A DNA stretch of 64,000 bases from the human T2T-CHM13v2.0 reference genome, Homo sapiens, in NCBI RefSeq assembly GCF_009914755.1, contig NC_060926.1, one strand, 5' to 3'. Within the stretch, counting starts at the first letter, position 1, and each line of letters starts with the position of its first letter. The position numbers and the translations under genes are program-made. Below, in pieces: positions 29,903 through 43,000 of the stretch. The notes below the pieces were generated by a model, which was given only the letters and a program-made list of their open reading frames with translations, was not told the origin of the DNA and searched no databases.

Positions 29903-30228
29903 TTGTTCTGTGCCTGGCTTATTTCACTTAAAATAATGATCTCTAGTTTCATCCATGTTGTTTAAAATGACTGGATCACATTCTCTCTTAAGGCTAAATA
30001 GTACTCCATTGTACATAACTACCACATTTTCTTTGCCCATTCATCTGTCGATGGACACTTAGGTTGCTTCCAAATCTTAGCTATTGTAAACAGTGCTGCA
30101 ATGAACAGAGTGCAGATATCTCTTTGATACACTGATGTCCTTTGTTGGGGGTATACTCCCAGCATTGAGATTGCTGGATCATATAGTAGCTCAATTTTTA
30201 ATTTTTTGAGGAACTTCCAAAATGTTTT
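29903..30228 (-). mobile_element. L1MA fragment (ORF2 end)
   Basis: 'tctgtgcctggcttatttcacttaa...gatggacacttaggttgcttccaaatcttagctattgt'. Confidence 0.9.
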
Positions 30229-30580
30229 TGAATTCTGTACTCAAAATGGCCAGTGAAACAGTTATGGTGCCTTTATTTGCAAAAATCACAATCTATCGGA
30301 CTGCTGAACAGCAAGAGCTCACTGTCTGGTTCCTCACTTGGCAGGTGCCATTGGCCTGTGGTTTTGTCTCTGAACTGGGATTTCTGGTAAACAACATGTT
30401 TGGAGGGTTCTTGCTTAATTTTACCCCACAGACTCAAAACTGTTGGTCTGAGTTCAGTAAATGTGTAAACACGAATAACTAGTAAAGCATTTGACATCAA
30501 GCAGTTGCTTATTTTGGTCTAAGCATTTGACCTCCAAAAGTATATTGAAAGTTCCAGCCATTAACCAGCTTGGGGGAAAT

Positions 30581-30640
30581 AACAGAATCTAATACATTGT
30601 GCTTTGCTGAACAGAATCTAATACATTGTGCTTTGCTGAA
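30581..30640. repeat. Perfect 29-bp tandem duplication
   Basis: aacagaatctaatacattgtgctttgctg, two copies. Confidence 0.97.
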
Positions 30641-30890
30641 ATACATGTGTACATGCTTCACTATGTACACAGTGAAGTGCATAGGAAGTTTAAGACAACA
30701 GATTTTTGTTGTGTTGTTGTTGTTAAATGATAGATAAAAATAGCCGTTTGTCCTCAAAATTAATTTTATGTTTTTAAAATTGAACCATTAACTTTCTTAG
30801 TGTTTTGTTTGTGAACTTTGTATATTACACACAGCTTGTCAATACAACTATCATTATCAACTTTAGAAAAGTAAGAGATATGATATAGAG

Positions 30891-31255
30891 CAGGGATCCC
30901 CAACCCCCAGCCACAGACCAGTACCAGTCCTCCCGCTGTGCACCTGGTCCATGGCCTGTTAGGAACCTGGCCGCACAGCAGGAGATGAGTAGCTGGCAAG
31001 CACACATAACTGCCTTAGCTCTGCCTCCTGTCAGATCATCAGCAGCAGCATTAGACTCTCATAGGTGTGCAAACCCTATTGTAAACTGTGCATGCAAGGG
31101 ATCTAGGTTTCAAGCTCCTTATGAGAATCTCATGTCTGATGATCTGAGATGGAACAGTTTCATCCTGAAACCATCCCCTATCCCACCACAAGTTTCATGG
31201 AAAAAATTGTCTTCCACAAAACTGTCCCTGTTGCCAAAACGGTTGGGGACTGCTG
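30891..31255 (+). mobile_element. MER1B hAT-Charlie element with 8-bp TSD
   Basis: TIRs 'cagggatccccaacc' and 'ggttggggactgctg'. TSD atatagag at 30883-30890 and 31256-31263. Confidence 0.93.
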
Positions 31256-31514
31256 ATATAGAGAATGAACAACAATGTTAAAATTAGTAATGTGCCTCCT
31301 GTCACTTTTCCTGAGTTTATACTTTTACTGTTTTGGCAAACACAAGTGGATCTCTTTGTCATTCAAGTTTGTTTGCCCCATGCTTTCAGGTACTTCCCTA
31401 GACTGCCCATATTCAAATCTAATTCCCTCTGCTTAAATACATATAAAGACATACATGAGACAAAATAGAGAATTGAAGGAAGTGAGAGCTATGGAGGGTG
31501 CTTGTATATTATCC

Positions 31515-32021
31515 CAATTGTCTACTGCTGGGTTACAAACAACCCAACACTCAGTTGCTAGAACAGTAATAACAATCATTTATTTTGTTGCAAATCTGCA
31601 GTTTGGAGATGTTTCTGAAGAGATGTTTATCTCAGCTTTGTGAGGCCTCAGCTGGGATTTCTCAGCCACAGCTGGAGGACCCATTCTTACAATGGCTTAC
31701 ACACAAGCCTAGTAAGTTGTCAGGGGCTGTCAGCTGGGCAATCAGTCGGGGCTATTGCTGGGGCCTCCCATCTTGTCCATATAGGCTTTTCCATGGTACT
31801 GCCTTTACTTTCTCAACACATGGATGCAAAAGTAAGTGTTCAAGAGGCAAAGTAGAAGCTGATAGTCTCTTATGGGCCTAGAAATTGGTACACACCAGCT
31901 TTTGGCATATTCCTATTGACCAAGCAGTTCTGCACCCACCAAGATTCAAGAGGTAGGAACATTGATGCTACCACTGTTTGGGAAAGTTATAAAATATTTT
32001 TGACCTCCCTTAATCTATCAC
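31515..32021 (-). mobile_element. MLT1 (F/G/H-like) LTR
   Basis: Starts 'tctactgctgggttacaaacaacccaacactcag'. Contains 'ctattgaccaagcag'. Ends 'taatctatcaca'. Confidence 0.8.
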
Positions 32022-33607
32022 ATATATATTGCCCACCTTGATATCTCAGAATGTTAAATGCTTCTGCCTGTAGATGAAGACACAGTAGGTGACGAACTAC
32101 ACTGTTATTTTTCTGCATTCAAATTAATTTTCCCAATAGCTTCCCAGGGTCTCTACAGTCTAGTTATTTAATTTGAGAGCTGAAATTTGTCTTAGGATAA
32201 TTTCCTTGTTTTAATGATGAGAAGAAAGAAAAAATAATAGTTATTTGATGGCAAAATTCAGATGGAACCTAGATTTCTAAAAGAGTTCCCTCTCCTCCAT
32301 TTGGATTATGCATTTTCTTCAGAAAGTTTTCATTAACCTGTACCTAGAAAACCTAGAATGTCTCAACATCATCACAAGATAAATTTACCAGATTGGCCAG
32401 CTGTCTCCTAACGAAGCTCTGAGTGAATAAAATGTATGTATTTGGAAGGTGAAAGAGAAAGAGTGCACTGAATGCTAATCACTAGACCACGAGGGAAAAA
32501 AGGTGAAAGAAATCCTAGAATGATTGAAGACATATGTAAATAATTTATGGATAAGGATTGGGGTAGTTGGTGAATAGAATCAGTGAGGTAGCAGTAGAAG
32601 GAAACATACAAACCTTGGTTGATTCAAATGTATGGAGGGGAGAAGTGAAAAATGAATTTTGAGGGAAATTTCTGTTTTGCCCTGAGGACAAAAAGAGAAG
32701 ATTTAACAGGGCTTAGTTTAGTTTAATTCGAGCACTAACCAGAATGAAAGTATAATTATGATATTTTGATCTGTAAATATATAGGACTGAAAGCTCTTTT
32801 GCATATGAAATGAAAATGATATGCACTATGCTTTGTTGAAGAATAATAAGAGATGTCTTAAGTATCACATAAGCCCATCTAAATGCCTTTTACATAGTGT
32901 CTTCTTTTATTCAATTCTAGAAGATTTTAAAAACTGCTTGAAATTGATTAGGCCACCTTGGTTCCCTAACATAATAAAGCTTAGAAAATAGATTTCACTG
33001 TGCTGCAGTATATTGTAATTTAAACTGAGTGATTTTCTAGCCACCACAGGTAAATTATGAGCCAAACCACAGTATGGCCTTAGGTGAACCTATTTGAGAA
33101 ACGAGTAACTTACATGTTAACTTGTTTTAGCAGACAAAGCACAGAAGATGCTATTTATTAACCTTGTTCTCTGCAGGTAGAGAATTTGTATGTTACAGTG
33201 CATCTGAGTGGTTGGACTGAATTGACCAATTTGGAAAAATTGACCAGTCACCTCAGAGCTAGGCATACACAACCAGGTTTAATTATAATTTAGATGTCGA
33301 TATCAGCGTTTTCCCCAGAACAGTTGAGGTGATTTGCCGCTGTGTTATATTAAACTAGGATAAGAGTCAACCAAAGCATTCAACTATTTTGTTTCCTGTG
33401 GGTAGCACAAAAATAACCTATATTAAAAGCTCTATCTATAATAGTTGTATAATCACCACAAGTAATAATATTTTAAAATTAGCAGCTGACATATGTCAGG
33501 ACTTTTAGCTGAAAGCAGTAGACATTGACTGTGGCTGATTTTAGAAAATGTTGGGGTTATGCAAAGGAATGTCTGAAAAAATGCCAGAAATCCAGGCTCA
33601 GGTGTTT

Positions 33608-33683
33608 GTGATAAAGCCCCAAACCCTATCATAGATCTGGCCCAGTGATAAAGCCCCAGACCCTACCATAGATCTGGTCCAGT
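33608..33683. repeat. 37-bp tandem duplication in old LTR-like sequence
   Basis: gtgataaagcccca(a/g)acccta(t/c)catagatctgg(c/t)cca, two copies. Confidence 0.9.
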
Positions 33684-33861
33684 AATGATACCAGGGGGCT
33701 AACCTCTAAGCAGACACATCTTCCACAGCTTTTACCATGGGCACACAAGCATGGAACTCTGCAGCTAGGAAGGCTGCCATGGCTTCCCACATATCACCCA
33801 AATGAATGGTGATGGGTCCTAGCTTTTGTCTGGATCAGTACAACTCATGGGTGGAGCCAAA

Positions 33862-33965
33862 GTGTCTTAGTCAGCCAATGCTACCATAAAAAAGTTATAG
33901 ACTGGTGGCTTAAACAAACAACATTTTTATTTTCTCACAATTCTGGAGGTTGAAATTTGGAAGTT
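33862..33965 (-). mobile_element. MLT1A-C terminal fragment
   Basis: 'tgtcttagtc...tagactggtggcttaaacaa...ttctcacaattctggagg'. Confidence 0.8.
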
Positions 33966-35151
33966 TGGAAATTGGAGGACATACCTTGGAGTGTTCTTGA
34001 TGGAGACAATTCTTGATGCCAGTTAAGATTGGACTCCTCTCCGTGAGTGGTTTTGAAAAGTAACGTAAGTATTCACAGCAATCAAGAGTTCAGCTCAGAA
34101 ATAAATAGACGGACAGGAAACAACTTTTTTTGCAATCATTCTGTCCCATTGCCTTGGATCAGGCCTGTCACTAGAGTGGGTAAACAATGGCAGGGGATCC
34201 AATGCCTGCTTGTGTACAGTTAAACTAATCCTTATATCACAATTGTGCCCTATAATCAGAAGTCACTTGACACTGGCACGAGAGTGAAAGAAAATGATTT
34301 GAACCTGGAATTCTGTAATTGGCTATGCTAGCATTCTAACAAAAGGGATAAATGAGATTTTTCCAAACAGGTGTATACCACAGAAAGAGAAAAAATAAAT
34401 CCATGGGGAAAAAAAAGTGTGAGTGAATGATTTAGTAAATCTTATATTTAACTCTGAACATTTATTTTGCTTTACATTTAAAAATATTGTTGTCTATTTT
34501 CTACTAAAAACCTAAGACATAATCAAAATAAGAAGAAGCTGCACTGAATGAATGCTTATATTTTTATTTTCTGGTTGGGAAATAGACTGTATAAATATTT
34601 ATTAAGACTTATTTAATAAATGTGTTAGAAATGTGAAAGTAGCCACTAGATTACAATACTATATCTACATATCAGATCATTAGAAGGAAAAGTTAGAATT
34701 AAGAAAACAGAGTCAAAAAGGCAGAAAGGTAAGAAAAGGAGTAAGAAAATTGAACAAAAAATTTAAGATAAAATATCAGGAATAATGCAAAATGCATCAA
34801 TAATCACACTAAAATAGAATGAATTACATCTTTTATTAGAAGTAAATTCTCATTTGAATTTTGGTTAAAAAATAAACACCTCATAAAAGACAAAGTTTGA
34901 CAATAACACAAAATTTGAATATAATGCAATGTTAAAACATTAGAAGGCAGATGCTGAATAAAATTACAGAGATGTAGCAATACTAACATTAGACTGAACA
35001 TTTTTCATTATATATATATTCAGCGGGATTTTAAAGAAGGATAAAAAGAGGTGTTTAATAATAATAAATGTTATTATCCACTCAAAACACATTAGTCACA
35101 AATATTTATGTACCTAATAAAAATAGTATTAAAATATATTAATAGCTTTGA

Positions 35152-35477
<326 letters not shown>

Positions 35478-35812
35478 AATAGCTTTGAATTTAAAACACC
35501 TAGTGAAACATGAAAATATTTGACAAATCACAATCACCGTGGCAGACTTCAGCAAATTTTTCTCAACAATTTTAAGATCAAGAAATTATACCAAAGGTTG
35601 ACTAATGGGAATAAAGTCTGATATGATAAAAAATTTCCTTCATAGAGTGAAAATTTCTAAAACACAGCTCAATGTAGGAAGGATAGAAGCAGTTCATAAA
35701 AGAATACAAGTTAAACAGTTAGTAAGCATTTAAATAGATGTACAAGAGCATTAATAACTAGAGAAATGCATATGTAAACACTTTTTTAACTCTATCAAAC
35801 TTTAAAGAGTGT

Positions 35813-36125
35813 GGCTGGACACGGTGGCTCACGCCTGTAATCCCAACACTTTGGAAGGCCGAGGCGGGCAGATCACGAGGTCAGGAGATCGAGACCATCC
35901 TGGCTAACACGGTGAAACCCCGTCTCTACTAAAAATACAAAAAAAAACAGCCGGGCGTGGTGGCGGGCACCTGTAGTCCCAGCTGCTTGGGAGGCTGAGG
36001 CAGGAGAAGGGGAGTGAACCTGGAAGGCGGAACTTGCAGTGAGCCGAGATCGTGCCACTGCACTCCAGCCTGGGCAACAGAGCGAGACTTCATCTCAAAA
36101 AAAGAAAACAAAACAAAACAAAACA
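35813..36125 (+). mobile_element. AluY
   Basis: TSD aaactttaaagagtgt at 35797-35812 and 36126-36141. Confidence 0.96.
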
Positions 36126-38609
36126 AAACTTTAAAGAGTGTGGTAATATCCAGTGTTGGTGTGGATACAAAAAGGAGTGATCTCATAGAGTGAGATCATG
36201 ATTGGTTTAGCCTAGGAGCAACTTGCCAGCGTGAGCCAAAATTAAAAACCTGAAAAAAACCCAATCTTTGATCCAGCAATTTCAATGCTATGACTGTACC
36301 CTAATGAAATATTTGTGTGTTTGTTTAAGAATGCTACTGTAACATTGCCTATATGAATGAAAAATTATAACTATTCTAAACATCTATCAATTAGGAAACC
36401 AGTTGAATAAAATTAGAGTATATTAACAAATAATTACATATATTAGCATGTAAATACTAGAAAAATTACTAGATATCTCTTGATGTCAAACTCTTAATTT
36501 TAGGAATTGCTGGGGCAGGTGGTGGAAAGCAATAAGGAAAAGGATAAGGAGTAATGTTCCTGTTTTTCTCTAAATATATATTTGAATATTTTTCAGAAAG
36601 GAAATATTAATGTGTCCTATATGTGAAATTAAAAATAACCACAGCAGGCTGAATAGATGTTTACCCCATATTACAATTAAGTGAATTGAATTATTAGGGT
36701 AACTATTAAACCAGTAATTTCAATGGCCATGATATGAATTTAGGAAGGTTCTTTTCAAGACCAGTTGAACTGTCTTTTATTAGAAATAGTTAAAAGCCTT
36801 AAAGATATTAGGTTTTAGTCATTTATATTCTTTCCCACACTTTATTTGTCATTAACTAGATGCCTGTGCTTTAGCAGATTCCAAAGTATCAATGTGCCTG
36901 ATTGAAGTTTGATGAACTGGTACATGTCAGTGCATTTCCAGGGTTTTCTCTATGTTGAATCAAATTTGATAGCAAGTTGTCATTCTTCCTTATGGCTCAT
37001 GTCATTTGCATTTGGGGGAAATACAATTTTTTTTCTGGTAAGCATAAGTTTAAATGAAAACATTGAATTGTTTTTAGCTTCTTTCCTTTAAAATACTACA
37101 TGTTAAAATATGTCAATCATGTGCACTTTTTTAAGCTTTACAAATGTTACATAATATGAACAGTTTATTCTGCCAATAACTTTAGGTAATGGAAATTTTA
37201 TTGTATATTAGTTGAAATCAATCAAGTTTATAAGGCACATGATAAAAATGGAAAACAATCCAGTCATGTAACTGTAAAAACTAAATGCTGTTTTGCCTGC
37301 AGAATTGTTTGGAAATAGGTTTATTATTTCCTTATAAAAGTCAGGAGGTATTTATGATTGATGAAGAGAAAAAAATCACTACCTTAGTTAGGGATATGTA
37401 ATATAAATCTGAGGTTCTGGCTAAATCTGAATAGTATTCATGGCACATAGCCTAGAGTCTTTTCCCTGGTGGTTTTACAGCTTGGGCTTTATTGTTGAAC
37501 TACATCATTAGCTAACTATATCATTAGAATTGGGAGTATTAGCAATTTAGCAAATCCTAGACTGATTGCTTAGGTGCAAACCTAGATTTGTCACAAAAAG
37601 GAACTATTCATTTTTTTAGTCATCTAAACAAATCCTGCCCATCTTGGCAACTTTAGGTGTTATATCTGGATTACAAAACTCAACAAAAATGTGTAATTAT
37701 GAGATTTTGTTACTGGAGAGTTTATTGTGTGTGTGTGTGTATGTGGGTGCACACTTGTATATTTGTATGCAAATGGATAAAGAACATGGAAAGAGAAAAG
37801 GATATCACAAACAGAAGAATATTTTCAGAATTGTTATCTTGTCTTCAAGATGGGGGATGATTCTCTGCACTCTTCTCTTTAATTCTTGATATTTTTGCAA
37901 TTTGCCTCTGTTGCCTCAGTTTCCATGGATTGTTCAAGACAAATTAGGAAAATTGGAACAGGTCAGTAAAAATCCTCTAGGAATTTTTGTCTTCTAATAA
38001 GTGTTGTAAGTAGTGTCTAGGCATCTCCTTCTCTCTCCCACCCCACCAAGCAATTGAAGGACTAAAATATGGTAATTTTTGGAGAAAAACTATGGAAAAA
38101 TTTCCAGAGTTAATGATGACAATATACAAGCAATAATTCCCATCATCGTGTGACCTCTATAATAGGGCTGTGTAATATTTCTGCTGGTTTTGTTAAGACA
38201 TATAATGTTCTATGCCTAGGGGTGTTGTGGCATTAGCAGTGATTGAGTAGCTAAATATAGCAGAGGTTTCCACACCACTATTAGAAATAGTGCTCCCTGC
38301 ACAAAAATTGTGGTGATATACTCATTCATATCAAAAGCTAGTACAAAAATATGAGGCCAATAAATGTCCAATAATATGTATTTCAAATAGGTAACTAGAA
38401 TTATACCCATATAAGGAGTACAGTAACATCACTAAAAATATTATTGAAGTAAATTTACTGACACTCAATGTATGTAGTGGAAGAAAAAGCATTTGCTTCA
38501 AGGCAATCTGTGAAATTAACCATAATCTAGTTTTCTAAAATGTAAGATACATGTGGGTGATTTTGTATATTAAAAATGAATCTAAAAGTAATATCTTCCG
38601 TGTTGATTG

Positions 38610-38727
38610 GTTAGACTGGAAGCTCTGCAGGTGCCAGGGAAACTTTATTGTTAACTATTATGTCCCAGATAGCTACCACGCTATGTGGCATATAAAATAT
38701 GTTCAATATATATTTGAATAATTAAAT
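38610..38727 (+). mobile_element. L2 3' end
   Basis: 'ttagactggaagctctgcagg...tggcatata...tcaatatatatttgaataa'. Confidence 0.65.
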
Positions 38728-39645
38728 TATATTTCTAGAGCAAATAGTTTAATACCTACCAAGTAATATTTGGTTAAAAAAAGAAAGAAATTATTACTAT
38801 TAATGTATATCAAGAAACAGAACTAGAAAACACCATGTAATTACCAGAAGAGTTATTCAGCTCTATAGCTTGCATGTATGGCACCTTAAGGCAATTACAT
38901 GAGGTCAGATAATTAAAAGGACCCATGAAACTATATAGAAAGCTTTAATAAAGGTGAAGGATACAGTCCAACTGGAGAAAAAAAGCACAGGCAAATAGCA
39001 GAGAAGTTCTAGAAGTACAGGCCCAGATCCAGGCGCCTTGCTCAGTAACACAGGAAATACTTTATTTTGACATCATGAACCCACAAGAAACATACAAGTT
39101 ACCTTAGTTTCAGGAGAGCCAAAGCACTGGTAAATGTAGCTCAGACTTGGCTAGGCAACCATATAAATCTGACACATTTTCAAAAAACAATATAAACAAG
39201 CTGGTACAGGTTGCCTTCCAATGAGTTTTGGTCTTTAAATAATCACAGTATAGTATCATTAATAACTATAGGATAGGAATAACTTTCATTTCTATCTTGG
39301 CCAAGGACAGTCAGTACCATGATTCCAGGCATTGTTGGAGATAAGAATGGGACAACTTAAGCCAGGTGCAAGTTAAACTATCCTTGCTCAGCCTTTTCAT
39401 GGGAATTCGAAAAAGGCACTATCCTGGTATATCTAGTGCTTGATGAGCCAATAATCTGAAGGAACAGGTAAAGCTTTCCTCCTCTGGGATCATAGCCCCA
39501 TAGACATACAGTCTCCAGTAAGGGACGGATCCAGTTGTGGACAATGACCACAGTCTCAGTCTAGCAGACACGCTTCTTAAATTGAGATTATGGTGACATC
39601 TACTCCTGAATGCAGTTGATATCAAAGGGGTCCAAACTACCCCAG

Positions 39646-40017
39646 TGCTATGGGGCTGTACGGTGTCTCCTTCAAAATATACATGTTGAAATCTTCCTCT
39701 CAGTACCTCAAAATATGTCTATATTTAGAGATAGGGCCTTTAGAGAGGTAATTAAGTTACAATGAGGTCTCTAGGGTGGGCCCTAATTCAACATAACTGG
39801 TGCCTTTATAAGAAGACACAGAAATACACAGAGGGAAGACCCTGTGAAGACAGGGAGAGGATGGCTACAAGCTAAGGAAAAAGGCCTTGGAAGAAACCAA
39901 CCTTGCTCAGATTTGATCTTGGACTTCTAGCCTCTAGAACTCTGAGGAAATGGCTTTCCATTGCTTAAGCCACCTAGTCTGTGGTATTTGTTATAGTGGC
40001 CTGAGAAAGCTAATACA
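39646..40017 (+). mobile_element. MLT1B-like solo LTR
   Basis: TG...CA ends. 'gagatagggcctttagagaggtaattaagtt' and 'ttggacttctagcctctagaact'. Ends 'ctaataca'. Confidence 0.9.
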
Positions 40018-43000
40018 GCACATCTGTTAGTAAAGTGGAGCTCAATAAGGGTGAATGTAAGATTATTAGTGTTTGAAGAACAAGGTAAGCCGATGATGTC
40101 AAGATGGTAAAAAATTACAAAATACTTAATAAGTATAAACAAATGATTATAACAATTTCCAGCAACCATGCCATGTATAGAGTCAGGACACAAGATTCAA
40201 GAAGGTTTGTGAGATGGGACTTGACCTTGGTTTTGTAACATTTGATATGAGGCAAGGAGGTTCAAGGCAGCATTTCCAATGTAGAAGAGGCAGAACTCAC
40301 AATACCAGAACTGGAGTTTCAAGTGAGCATTTGATCCCAGTCAAGAATCACATGCGAAGAAATTACAAGATGGGACACAAGGTAAGCATAGGAAAAGTAA
40401 ACATAAACTTAGAGAGTAAAATGGTAATTTTACTCATTTAGGATTTGCTTTTTAAAATCCAGCCTAATTAAAATGATATTAAGAAGCAAAACAGAAATGA
40501 GGACATGTGCTGGAAGGAAAATGACAGATAGGAGTCAGGACTAAATTGCCGCTCTCACTTGGATGGACAGAGCAGTGTGTGGGGACTCAGATCGTGAACT
40601 GTTGCTCCAGAAACTACTGCAGGTACATACCAGGAAAGCTGAGAGAATCCACAGACCATTTGAAGGAAGCAGACTGCTCCTGCAGGACCCAGGAAACAGT
40701 CCAAATACTGTGAGTGCCCAAAGTGTCAAAGGGTAAAAGGGGGATCATCTGCCCCTGAACACACACCCTCACTGAGGAACCTGAAGGTCCAGATCATGGG
40801 AGAAGGATTTGACCTCACCTGGAGCTGAGATGAATTTATAGAGCCCAGCAAAATACAGAAGCAGCAGCAGGAAGAGCCCTGTGGGCTCTCTTGGTCCCCA
40901 GGGAAGCCATTTCTGACTTCGTCTTGAAATTGTCCTTGGGGAGGGCTGCCAGAGGAAATGAGAAAAGACCACAAAGAGAAGAAAACTTCCAGCTGAACTT
41001 TGTAATAATTTCAACTGAATGTAAAGTTTCCTTGATGGATCTTGGGGGAGGGGTGAATCTGGAGTGGAGACACAGCACAGAAGCCACAGTAGGCAGCGAG
41101 GTGTAAAACCTGAAAACCCTGCTTGCTTTCTAAGCCAGGAGGCTGGTAGCCTGGAACAAATTATCAGTACTGATCATCCGCTGCCTGGAAATAAACTCAG
41201 TGCTACTGGTGGGCATGGTGGGAGTGAAACCAGCCTTTTGGGCTGCATGGGAGCTAGATGAGGCCTTTGGCTGCCGGCTTTCCCCGGCTTCCCTGGCAAC
41301 CTGCATAACGCAGCAGAAGCAGCCATAATCCCTCTGGGAATATAACTCCATCGGCCGAGGAACCATACCCCATACCCTATAGCAGCCACAATAAGCCCCA
41401 CCCAAGGACAGTCTGAGCTCAGACACACCTAACCCTGACCCACTTGATGGTCTTTCTCTACCCACCCTGGTAGCAAAGACAAAGAGCATAATTTCTTGGG
41501 AGCTCTAGGGTCTTGTCCACCTCCAGAGCCTCCCTACACTACCACAGCGATGCTGTCTTGAAAGTGCCACCTCCTGGCAGGAGGCCAACCAACATAAAAC
41601 TAGAGTAATAAACAAAACTAAGGGGACCCTCACAGAGTCCATTTCACTCCCCTGCCACCTCCACCAAAGCAGGTGCCGGTATGCATGGCTAGGAGACATG
41701 AAGATGGTTCACGTCACAGAACCCTTTGCGGAAACACACCCAGTATGAGCCTGGAGCCTGGTAGTTCCACTGGGTGGCTAGATCCAGAATTAAAAATAAC
41801 AATTACTGCAGTTCGGGCCTCAAGAAGCCACATCCTTTTGGGAAGGGGCAGAATGCTACATCAAGGGAGCACCCCATGGGACAAAAGGATCTGAACAGCA
41901 GCCCTCAAACCACAGACCTTCCCTCTGACATAGTCTACCCAAATGAGAAGGAACCAGAAAAACAATTCTGGTAATATGAAAAAACAAGATTCTTTAATAC
42001 ACCTAAAAGATCACACTAGCTTACCAGCAATGGATCCAAACCAAGAAAAAAGCCCTTAACTGCCAGAAAATAATTCAGAAGGTTGATTATTAAGCTGATC
42101 AATGAGGCACCAGAGAAAGGTGAAGTTGAATTTAATAAAATCAAAAAGTACACAAGATATGAAGGGAAGGATCCTCAGTGAAACATACAGCATACATAAA
42201 AAATAATCACAACTTCTGGAAATGAAGGACACATTTAGAGAAATGTGAAATGCACTGGAAAGTCTCAGCAATAGAAGTGAATAAGCAGAAGAAAGAACTT
42301 CAGAGCTCGAAGACAAGGTTTTTGAATTAACCCAATCAAAGACAAATAGAAATGAATTAAAAAAAACAAAGCTTTCAAGAAGTTTGGGATTATGTTAAAT
42401 GACCAAACCTAAGAATAATTGGTGTTCTTGAGGAAGAAAATAAATCTAGGTTTTGAAAAGTATATTTGAGGGAATAATCAAGGTAAGCTTCCATGGCCTT
42501 GTTGGAGATCTAGACATCCAAATACAAGAAGCTCAAAGAACACCTGAGAAATTTATCACAGAAAGACAATTGCCTAGGTACACAGTAGTCTGGTTATCTA
42601 AAGTCAAAATAAAGGAAAGAATCTTAAGAGCTCTGAGACAAAAGCACCAGTTAAACTATGAAGGAAAACCTATCAGATTAACAGCAGATTTATCAGCAGA
42701 AACCTTACAAGCTAGAAGGTATTGGGGACCTATATTCAGCCTCCTTAAACAAAACTATTGTCAACCAAGAATTTTGTATCCAGAGAAACTAAGCTTCACA
42801 AATGAAGGAAATATAGTCTTCTTCAGAAAAACAAATGCTGAGACAATTCTCCACTGCCAAACTAGCACTACAAGAACTACTAAAAGGTGCTCTAAATCTT
42901 GAAACAAATCCTTGAAACACATCAAAATAGAACCTTCTTAAAGTATACATCTCACAAGATCTATAAAACAAAAACACAATACATAAATAAATAAAACAAG

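Noticed and set aside
33121-33180. Possible micro-exon between tttag and gtagag
   Set aside because: Weak donor site and no partner exons or coding signal.
16703-33683. Short direct repeats as a CRISPR-like array
   Set aside because: These are separate 2-3 copy tandem duplications with no unique spacers, in primate DNA with no cas genes.
36178-36198. Inverted repeat tgatctca-tagag-tgagatca
   Set aside because: An 8-bp stem inside decayed L1 is expected by chance in 64 kb.
39100-39645. Moderately GC-rich unique-looking segment as an exon or pseudogene
   Set aside because: No sustained ORF or recognisable homology by eye. It may be an unrecognised old repeat and needs a database search.
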